64,000 bases of DNA from Trichoplax sp. H2 (Eukaryota), in contig NOWV01000001.1 of the NCBI GenBank assembly GCA_003344405.1, positions 1,116,001-1,180,000 of the forward strand, written 5' to 3'. Of this stretch, positions 38,693-50,200 are shown piece after piece. Under the pieces are notes generated by a model. It was not told the origin of the DNA and ran no database searches. It saw nothing but the letters and a program-made list of their open reading frames with translations. The position numbers and the translations under genes are program-made. Position 1 is the stretch's first letter; the number at the start of each line of letters is the position of its first letter.

Positions 38693-41600
38693 TTAGACAG
38701 ATGAGCTCTTTCTATTTTGTTCAAGGTTTAAATCTTCTTTAGACTTGTCTGCAGGTTTATTGAATGCTTTATTGTAGAATATCCTAATCAAATATTGTAA
38801 GATTTCTGCTATTGTAATGATACTCGCACCGATAAATAGTCCCATTTGTCCGCCAATATTGCCTTTAGAGATTTTAAATGGGTTAGATTCAGTATACTTG
38901 TATAAAAAGTTTGTACATGTTTAAAATATAACGATACATTAAATAATCTTAAAATAGATGTTGATTTAATCGCAATTCTATCTTCTGTAACGTTAATATC
39001 ATGTAGAGTAAGTATGCTAGTCTATTTACTATTTCAGATATATACATGGCATTATTAATAGAAAGAACAGTTCAATCAACTTTTCTATTTGAGTACTGTA
39101 TAAAATATCATGTATAGTAAGTATGCTAGTCTATTTTACCATTAAAGATACACATTTGCCATTATCAATAGAAGAAATTTTTCGATCTAATTTACTATTT
39201 AAGTACTGTATATTAACCAACCATCTATCATACTATATTTATGGTTTCGAGTATCAATTGCTATGAGCCTTATAAATAGAGCATAACCTCGGACAGAAAG
39301 TAGTATAAATTAAAAATAGAAAAGTAAACAAAAATACTAACTTAAAACTTCGGCAAATCCAGTTGCCCTTTTTTGTTCGATGGCATTGGTATGTAGATCG
39401 CTATAATAAATATCTAGGTATAGAATGTTATCCCTGTAACAGAATTTAATAAATGCCTATTCAAAATCATCCTTACGCTGGGTATCCTTTCAATTTATGC
39501 TTATACTGTAATTAAAATTAACATAAGTTATGTATCTGTAATTTCATACTACAGATGTAGCGTTTTTAGCTCGACATCGCAAGTAAAATTATACAAACTG
39601 ATACAATATATAATAATTTTTAAAACGATATTGACGGTATACGAATTTTACTAGCATTGATATAAATATCAAAATGATAAATGGCTATCTATACCGACAC
39701 AAAATGGTACGTTAGCAAATTTATAGTCTCTCATACCTGACAAAATTAGCGGTGGAGTAATTGGGATCTTTAATCCAGTCCAAAGACTGTGCATGGCGTA
39801 TTATCCCAGAAACATTAAGATAATTGGTAATTAAACTCGAAATCGGAATTAGTGCAAGATTTCCATAAGAGATTACAGTAGGATATGTATAAGTTTCACA
39901 AGCTACAGGGCAAGCCGCGATGTTTTCATTAGCTTGAACTCGCGCTTTAGCTAGCAGTAATCGGATAAAAGATCGTTAAAATAAAACATTATCATACATT
40001 TCCTAAAATAGTCGTTATCTAAGGTACACTGATATTATTTATTTTTGAAATCGCAAAATTGTTAATGCCTTACCTAAAATGGGGACGATGCATGTTATAA
40101 ATTTAACGCTGTCACAGGCGCCATAGGGTCCTATTTTAAAATAATAATAAACATTTGTTCTCGATATGTATAATTTTCATTTTAAAATTCGTCTACTAGT
40201 GAGATTTATGCGATAGTTTGTGTATTATAACGATGTGAAATTGAGTAATGACTGTAAAATGTTGATGCCTTAACCAATCCTAGAATTATGGTAGCACATA
40301 TATCTTACCAAATGCACCAATAATGCTACAATTGCATAATGTAGATGCATAAATTGCCGATACTTCGTCAATGCAAGCGACATGGGAATAAAATTCGTGG
40401 AAAAGTAATTTTCTAGATCCACATTCTCCCCATGGTTTTTCTAACTTTTTATGCTGTCATCAATTGATCATTTACCGAAAAAAAATTACATTTAACATTT
40501 ATATCAATAAATGAAGATAGAAGACCACATCTTGATCAATCTTCAGTAAGTATTATTTGAATAGGTCTTACATATCATGAAACACATTAATCTGAATGTT
40601 AGGGTTTCTATAATAAGCAAGCTAGGAGTATTTCGCTGATTGAAATAAAAGAACTTAGCATTTAATTTAATCTTTCGATAAACATTATCCGATTCTATGC
40701 TCAATCTTAAGATTGTAAGGCTTGAGATAATTTTAGGTAGTTCAACATAATACATCAGGCAAAGGTTAGGACTATTCTAGTAAATAAGCCAGACATATGA
40801 GAAAACGACTCAGAATGGCTCTATTGGAATTATACTGGCACAATAACTTAGATATTTTGTACCACGACAATGTAATTGTTTTGATTAAATTGCCTTCGTA
40901 CAATCTAATATGTAATCAGACAGGGACTTACGTAAGTTCGAGTGAAGGAAACGTAGGTATGGGAGCCCACAGGCGCAATAATACTTTTTGCTAGAAGATT
41001 TGGCGGTTCTTTATGATAGTGTATTGTAAATCGGATACCTGCATCAGGGCGATTTCTGTCTAAAAGATCTGGATAATACTTGTATTGCCCAATATTAAAA
41101 GCTAAGCGAAGACCATACACTTCCCCTGGAACGGTTTGATTCTTCAGAGGTAAGTCTTTAGTACCTAATTTCCGAAAGTAGAGCAACATGAGCGTGTACG
41201 TTAGAGATTATGGTGCGGAAAGATACTTTAAACTAAACTAGACTAGTTGAAAAAATACGTGATATATTTATTACCAACTCCATCGAAATGAAAGTGTTCA
41301 TAATTAATAATTTCTTGGTTGTCATAGCTTACTATTATGATCAATGTCCTATCGATAAATTTCATTCTAATAATTGCTATTTTTTAAAGTAGATCATATT
41401 ACTCTGCCATTTTCATTTTATATCTTGTCACCCTTAAGTCATACTGCCAGAAAATGTTAACAACTTAACAGTGAACTGCTGTATCCCTTCTACTATTCAT
41501 TAAATCTTCATCAACTAATTTACAGTCATCGATTGAGATAGTATTATGAATTTAAGTGAACTATATCCGTTCAATAAATCGACGTGGAAACATCCTACTC

Positions 41601-42419
41601 ATTTATAAAATGAACGTGAAATGTTTTGTAAAATTTCTACTAAAATAACTTGGCCATAATTTATTTGCTGTAGGATGGCTGACTATATAGTTACCAGCAA
41701 TGGGACTTGCCTAGTTTCTATTCTGAAGAAAATAACATTATTCTTCCAAGCTAAATTATACCAACTAGAAACTTTAAGCTTCTACCATGTAGTCTGTAAG
41801 TTATATCGTAACAAAATATTGATGACACGACGTTAAAGTTACTTTTATTGGATTATAGAAAACATATCCTACCTGGATTAAAGGTAAAACAGTTGCCGTA
41901 ATCGGTTACAATTGATGTAAAATCAGAGAGACTACATGGACGATTCATCCACTGACATCGTAGCAGCATGTTCTCCAATTTTGCACTAGATGTTCGTATA
42001 TAGTTTTCGTAATCGAATTTATCGCCATATTTCTTTATAAAATAACGAGCTGCCTCCTGGACCTGAGTTTCGTTATACGCATTCTCTGTTGATTGCGTGT
42101 GCAATAAAATAGATAAATATTTTAAATCAGATTCTGGTAGAGCATCTCTTGGAGAATTATCGGTATTACATATCGTAATAGAAGGAAAGACAGTCGAGTT
42201 GGCTGAAACATCGCTAAAAGTAATTCTTGTCGGTAGTTGAGAAGCGTCGTAGATAATGATGATACATTGGCTAATACATACAGCTGTGGCTGCTATAGTC
42301 AAAATTAACCAGATCATTCGTGGTAGTCTGCCACTATCATTTTGGTAGACATAAGAGATTCCATGACAAGAAGTCGTACTAGCAAACTTCTCTTCCATGC
42401 TGAGGTCTTCCTTAGCCAT
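38693..42419 (-). CDS. ASIC-like DEG/ENaC channel subunit, array copy 4 (~485 aa)
   Basis: First ATG at 42419 (the ORF track starts at an upstream TTG). Exons 42419-41873, 41164-40932, 40453-40309, 40130-40074, 39950-39737, 39433-39342, 38862-38693 join in frame. [23 protein letters not shown]2 [14 protein letters not shown], ends RKSSSV*. Confidence 0.94.
38995..39211. repeat. Tandem duplication, ~108-bp unit x2, in intron 6 of channel 4
   Basis: AATATCATGTA.AGTAAGTATGCTAGTCTATTT...AGTACTGTATA occurs at ~38995 and ~39104. Confidence 0.8.
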
Positions 42420-43213
42420 TTTTCCCAAGTATAGTATGAATATTACGTCAGTGATCTTCGACTTGATGAATTAACAATGATCAAAATAGCCCAACAAATT
42501 CTCTCACTAATTTTAATCCTAAATAACTATGAATAAGTTGTTTCTAAATGCTAAAGGATTATTGATTTGGTTTAAGCATAATCGAAGTCGACTTGCGATT
42601 CGAATAGTGATGATCATTAGGCTAAAAAATGAACCCTTTCATCCATAGTAGTAGTACCGCCTATAGTCTGTTTCTGGACTCTAGTTGTGGGTAATCCAGT
42701 ATCATACAGTTCGTGAAATACACTACACACTGTAAACTAGAAAGACGAGCTCCAGGGTAGGGGTGACAACTTTTATGCACGGTGTACAATTTCGATTGAG
42801 TAGTCCCTGGTCTGTACTGCACTGTACTCAGTGTACTGTACTTTTATACTATGCTACAGTATAGACTTCGCATTTCCCTCAGGCGCCATTAAAATTAAAC
42901 ATTTATCAACCAATCACCCTTAAAGTTAACTTAAGAAATTAAGAAAACAAAAATCATTCAAAGTTCAGACACAATTTACCTCATGATTCCCTTACAAAAT
43001 ACTATAGAACCAGCAAACTAACTATGAAATACATCAAGCTTCATTTCTAACACAATTCTCAATCATTACACACTATAAAAGTCTAAGAATTAACCTTTAA
43101 ATATCACTTAGTCATTAAAATAACAATTTAACTACTTAACTTTATATATATATATTATTAGACCAGTTAAGTTTCGTAGTTAGATTTATGCATGTACTCG
43201 CAGCGCCAAATTA

Positions 43214-43668
43214 TGTAGTGTTTGAGTTTTACAACCCCTTAGGTTCGCAATCGTCTAACTCAAAATCTGAATTATTAAAATTGAGCAAATCTCTAACGTG
43301 AAACAAGATCAGGCAAACACCGTATTTAACCTTAAAAGTATCCGTTTATGAATAGAATGCTTGACAAGAGAAAAATTTACTTTTCTTCCCTTATAGTAAC
43401 AGTCAAAAGTAGCTAAGATAAACCGGATAATTGACTTCGTCTCCACGATAACAATTCCATATTATCTAAAAGTTATTGCGAATTAAGACATTACACAAAA
43501 ACTTCACCTTATATGGCCGACTACTGCAGCCTTGTACACACGTAGTACGAATAGTATAAGTACATCGTTTTATCATCAGCAATCATGAAACCTTATAAGT
43601 ATAGTAGACTATTCTAATTCTTAATGCTACTATCATACTTCAATTACTACTGTAATTAGCTGAAACTA
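43214..43668 (+). repeat. Direct repeat copy R2, interrupted by ~260 bp absent from R1
   Basis: 43214-43309 and 43572-43668 align consecutively to 38008-38205. Confidence 0.9.
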
Positions 43669-43703
43669 CTGCAAGAAATGACTCGAAGTAAGATCGTTAA
43701 TCT

Positions 43704-44560
43704 TTCGATCATCATGATCTCTAAATTGCTAGATTACATAACAACATGGCAGTTGTGTATTTTCGCCAGAATAAGCATGAAGATACTATTACTATGCTTG
43801 CAGAATCATTCAAATTTAAATTAGCAATTCTTAGTAATAATCATCTTGATATTGCTGTATCATATTGTAATATAGGATGTATCTATCTTACTGAGAGTAA
43901 ATACGAAGAGGCTATCTCTATGTGTGAGAAGTCACTCAAAATTCGATTATTAATCCTTGATCATGATCATCTCGATATAGTGAATTCATATCTAAGCATA
44001 GCTTTTGCGTATCATGCCCAAGGCAAGCATGAAGATGCTCTTCCTATGTATAAGAAAGCACCCAGAATTCAATTATTAGTCTTTGATCACAATCATCCTG
44101 ATATTGGTTTGACGTTCAAAAATCTAGCTAAAGCCTATCATAAGCTGGGCAAGATCGAAGTGGCTATCTTCAAATATGAGAAGTCACTCAAAACTCAGTT
44201 ATCAGTCCTTGATCATAATCATCCCAATATTGTAACGTTATATGTAAATATGGCGTTAGCGTATCAAGATCAAAGCAAGCATGAAGAAGCTCTGTCTATG
44301 TATAAGAAAGGGTTCGAAATTAAATTATCAGTTCTTGATCACAATCATCCCGATTTTGCTGTGATACGGGAAATTCTAGCTCAAGTCTATCATCAGCAGT
44401 CGAAGAGGCCGTTTCTGTCTACGAGAATTTACTTGGAATTTCATCGCCATTTCTTGATCGCAATCATCTCCATATTGAATAATCTTATTATAATCTAGAA
44501 AAGCATTACTATAACAAAGGTAAGCGCAAAGAAACTCTTTCGATTGCATGTATCAGAAAT
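43704..44560 (+). pseudogene. Truncated 42-aa TPR-repeat gene fragment (~6 units; open 43746-44498)
   Basis: Units such as HLDIAVSYCNIGCIYLTESKYEEAISMCEKSLKIRLLILDHD. It begins mid-repeat after an in-frame stop (CTC TAA ATT GCT), lacks the N-terminal cap, and loses register near 44400. Confidence 0.75.
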
Positions 44561-46046
44561 TGCAAAAATTTTAATATCAATATTTTTAATATTGTAGGAT
44601 TTAACAACACCGACGATGGCATCATTTAAATTAAATTAAAATCAATGCTGAATTGGTTACAGTAAACCGAACAATTTAGGTCAAGTATTTTTCCAACACA
44701 TGCTATGATAAAGTATCTTAATCCATTTACTGAATGGGAATTGACTTGTTTACTCGTTATATTACTATGTTTGGTTATCATCGGCTAAGAGTAATATTAA
44801 ATAACACATAATGGATTCAAGCTATGACTTAGAGAAGTCTCCTTAACGATATCATTACTATGATGAGATTCGAGATTGATTATACTTATTACTAATTTTG
44901 GATGGCTTGAGTGGATAATCTTTATAAGTCATGTTCGTACTGCTGTTGATATCGTATTTCTTTAGAGTCGGTACCTCATATATTTGCATTTGTTACTCTG
45001 TTAGAATTATCCTAGTAGTCAATATTATGAATATCTAACTTAGATTAGAATTAGTAAATAAACTGTATTATAGTAAGTTTACAGGATTACTTACACATTA
45101 TAGACTTGGTGACAAATCTAGTTAGTGATAAGCGAATGTAAAATAAGATACGAAAATCATATTAAAACTTTTTGCCCGAAAATGCATAATTTCTTTAGTT
45201 TATTACGATCAAAGGTAGGCATAACTAGACAATAAATTACGCATTCTACAAGTATATTACAATATCTACTAGCTGATGGCATGAAATGAGGTACAGTCTA
45301 TTAGAGTTATTGATAAATTGATTATTATTAGAAGGGAATACTACTGAAGACTAATTGATACCCTCTTTCCTGGAAGTAACCTAAGTCGCTAGTATACCGA
45401 ATTATCTGAACTTTTTTTGTGTGCGTTTATTGAGTTTAAGTTCTTGCATTGTATTGTAAGCCATTATTCGATATTTTTAAGTGACTAAGCTTAGGAGCTG
45501 TATACCAATTGCGTTGTAAGCTTTTTATTACTGTATTTTAGCAATGTTGATAGTTTTGTTTACGTTGCGTATTGAAGTAATCTGCAACAAGTAGTATTTC
45601 CTTCCATAGAATTTGCAATTCATCTTTCACGTTAATTATTTCTGTAAGGCGAAATATTTAATGATTAATAAATCAACAATATCTCTAGTGGCTATATCGT
45701 ATTACAAATTGTTTAAACGTATGCTTATAGATCATGTTGAAGTCTAAGCTGAATATTCTATGAGGTGGAGAATGTTAGGTATTCGATAGTTCTAATAGAT
45801 TGCTTTTGCACGTATTAGTTCGTTATCTACTATAATACATTTATAGTCTACCGTGATTCATACTATTTTGTTTATATCTCCACATGTAGTACTAATTATA
45901 ATAATAAATAGCGCCTTGCAAGCTTATAATGGACTGTTAGACTTTGATATGAGTTAAAAATAGAAAGTCCTTCTTAATTTGTCAATTTACTAAGCCAATT
46001 CATCAGCTGCCTCGTGAATTGGAAACTACTTAAGATGAAAGAATGA

Positions 46047-46225
46047 TATCTACCAGGCATATGTACATTCTCGTCTTACAGATACACTGCAGCACGAGAA
46101 TATTTATGCCTTTCTAATCTATATTAGTACTCTAGTATATCTACCAAACATACATACATTCTCTTTTTTCAGATACTCTAAAGCAAGAGAATCCTTGTGC
46201 TTTTTTTAATCTCTATTGGTAGCTG
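46047..46225. repeat. Tandem duplication, ~92-bp unit x2
   Basis: TATCTACCA..CATA..TACATTCTC...CAGATAC.CT..AGCA.GAGAAT occurs at ~46047 and ~46138. Confidence 0.7.
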
Positions 46226-47254
46226 GCACAATATATAGCTAAAATTTATTGAAATAATGAAAATGCGGTACGATTGATAGAGCTAGATTTTATAATGTCA
46301 TTTCAGCTAAACGTATTAGTTCAAGATAACTAATGTGGATCAAATCTATAAAATTGATGGTAATAATGGCCAATACAGTATTATTAATCGGCTAGCGAGC
46401 TCTGTGGCGCTCTTTGTTAACAATATTTGCTTAAATTTAGATTTGATGATCAAAGTTCCTGCAAGATAGGTGGAAATACCTATATTATTAGATCAATCGA
46501 GTAGAATCCATCATATTTTTTTACTAATATTAATTATAGTATTAGAGTTGTCCTATTTAGTGGCCATTTGTTCATCTTTATTCATCTCCGCTGCTACCTA
46601 TACTACTGCTCCATATTGTTTACGGCTATTAACATATGCATGAAATCATTGACTGGTTGGGTGGACATGTAGTCCAGTTGCTATTTTTTCTTGGAGTCAA
46701 TTGTCGACACAGATAATTATTCTACTTATTCATGTCAGCAAACCGTTAAGCATTGAGACATATCATGCCGAATCGTCGAGACGTAAAGCATAGTATCTAA
46801 ATAGCTTTGGTCTGGCTATACATCTCAAGACATAGAATTAAATAAACAAAAACAGATTAATCCAATTGCTACGTATACAAGTATAAATGTAAAATGTACG
46901 ATAAACTAGAATAATGCCTTGATTTTGCGATGAAAAATATCTAAACTGGGTTAGAATTGTGGATTACATAATAGTTTTCCCTATTTTTCTCTGACTGTAT
47001 TGTTGATATAGTATAAATTGAGAGGAAACTTCGAACTTTGATCGACGATTAAAAATTACGTGGACCGATAAAATGACGTAGCTAGGAAAGTTCTTTGATG
47101 ATAGGCTTAAACATGCGATTAAATCCATAGGATAAGTAAAGAATTAATAGCTCCGATGTTGAATTTTACACACACTGACAGCTACGGACTGAATTGGATG
47201 TTCATTAAACACAATTCGATATCTAATCAATCGATATCATTCCTGACTTAATAA

Positions 47255-50200
47255 ATGGATTTTCCAGTTGTTAAATCTATTCCTGGACAAATAACGCCTA
47301 TGTACGAAAAGGCTATAGATAATTACCAATCCGGTAACCTTATTGAAGTGATATCTTATTGTATACAAATCTTGGAAAAAATTCAACGATTACCTAAGAG
47401 TAACATTGATCTAGATCGATTTCAATATGATATATATCTTCTAGTTAGCAGTATATACATGAAACGAAACGAATGGATGAAAGCCAAAGAAGTCAACGAA
47501 AAAGCACAACAAATAGCCGAAAAGATGCATATAGAAATCTTGACTGCCCGCTGTTTAGATAGACAAGGCGATATTAAACGAATAAGAGGAAATTGGAATG
47601 AGGCATTGGATGATTATACCAAGTCACTGGATATAAAATCAAGCTGTTTAGAACAAGATGATCTACGTATTGCCGATTCCTATGAAGATATAGGGATTAT
47701 TTACAATGCGCAAGGTAGATATGATAAGGCTCTTTATATGCATGAGATATCGCTGAAAATTCGATTATCAGGGCTGGATGATAATCATTCCGATGTTGCT
47801 GCATCCTATAATGGCATCGGAAACGTCTATTATCATCAGGGCAAGTATCAGGATGCTATTTCTATGTATGAGAAGTCACTTAAAATCCAGTTATCAGTCC
47901 TTAATCATAATCATTCTGATATTGCGAAATCATTTAACGATATGGGAATAGTATATGATGCACAGGGTAATTACGAAGAGGCTATATCTAAATACGAGAA
48001 ATCACTCAAAATTCGATTGTCAGTCTTTGATCACGATCATCCCGATGTTGCCAGATTATATACTAACATGGGGAATGTCTATTATCATCAAGGCAAGTAT
48101 CAAAATGCTATTTCGATGTACGAAAAATCGCTTAAAATTCAGTTATTAGTCCTTAATCATAGTCATCCTGATATTGCGAAATCGTATAGCGACATGGGAA
48201 TGGTATATGACGCACAAGGCAAGTACGAAGAGGCGATATCGAAGTATGAGAAATCACTCAAAGTTGGAGTGGCTGTCTTTGGTCACAATCATCCCGATAT
48301 TGCTAAATCATATAATAAAATGGGAAATGTCTATTACCATCAGAGCAAGTATCAAGATGCTATTTCGATATATGAGAAATCACTCAAAATTCAATTATCT
48401 GTGCTTGATTACAATCATCCTGATACTGCGAAATCATATAACGACGTAGGAGTTGTATATGATGCACAGGGCAAGCATAAAGAAGCTAGTTCTATGTATG
48501 AAAAGTCACTTAAAATTCGATTATCAGTCCTTGGTCATAATCATCCCGACATTGCAACATCCTATAACAACATGGGGAACGTCTATTCTCATCAAAACAA
48601 GTATGAACTTGCAATCTCTATGCTTAAGAAGTCGTTAAAAATTCGATTATCAGTTATTGATCATAATCATCCTGATGTTGCACAATCCTATAACGATATA
48701 GGATGTGTTTATGATGATCAGGGCAATTATGAAAAGGCTACTGCTATGTATAAGGTGTCGCTTAAAATTCGATTATCTGTATTCGGTTATAATCATCCCG
48801 ATATTGCTATATCGTATAACAATATGGGAATTGTTAATTTTAATCAGAGCAAGTATGAAGAAGCTCTTCTTATGTACGAGAAGTCACTTGAAATTCGATT
48901 GTCAGTCCTCAATAACAATCATCACGATGTAGCTAAATCATACAACAACATGGGAAATGTTTATTGGCATCAGGGCAAGTATGAAGAAGCTATTTGTATG
49001 TTTGAGAAATCACTGAAAATTGAATTATCAATTCTTGGTCCTAATCATCCACATGTTGCAATATCATATAATAACATGGGAAATAGCTATTTTAATCAAT
49101 GCAAATATGAAGAAGCTATTTCGATGTATGAAAAATCACTTAAAATTCGATTATCAGTCCTTGGCTATGACCATCTTGATGTTGCTATATCATATAACAA
49201 CTTGGGGAATGTTTATATGGATCAAGGAAAGCATGAAAAAGCTATGACTATGTTTGAAAAGTCGCTCAAAGTTCAATTATCAATCCTTGGTTACAATCAT
49301 CCCAATATTGCTAAATTATACAATAACATGGGATCCGCGTATTCTCACCAGAGTAAATACGAGGAAGCTCTTTCTATGTATAACAATGCACTCAAAATTG
49401 AATTATTGGTCATGGGCCATAAACATATCGATGTTGCCAAATCATATAATAATATAGCAAACATTTATTTTCGTCAGAGTAAGCATGAAGAAGCTATTTC
49501 TACTTATGAGAAATCACTTAAAATTCATTTATCAGTCTTTAGTCATATGCATATCGACGTTGCTAAATTATATAGTAACATAGGAGTCGTATATGATGAT
49601 CAGGGCAAACACGACGAAGCTCTATCCATGTTTGAAAAATCGCTTAAAATTCGACTGATTGCCCTAGATCACAATCATCCAGATATTGCCGCATCATACA
49701 ACAATATGGGAAACATTTACATGAAGAAGGGCAAGCAGGAAGAAGCTATTAATATGTATGAAAATTCACTCAAAATTCAATTATCAGTCCTTGATTGCAA
49801 TCATCCCGTTATCGCCAAATTATACACCAATATGGGAGCAGTCTACCATGATCAGGGCAAATATGAAAAGGCTGTTTCTATATATAAAGAATCGCTCAAA
49901 ATTCAGTTATCTGTCCTTGGTCACAATCATTCCGATGTCGCAAAATCATATGACAATCTAGGAAATGCCTACTTTAATCAGAATAAACATGGAGAGGCTA
50001 TTTCTATGTATGAGAACTCGCTCAAAATTCGATTGTCTGTCCTTGGCTGTAATCATACTGATATTGCTAAATCGTATAATAACATAGGAGCTGTACATGG
50101 TGCTCAATGTAAGTATGAAGAGGCGATTTCTATGTACAAAAAATCTCTTAAAATTCAATTGTCGGCCTTTAGTCATAATCATCCCGATATTGCTACATCA

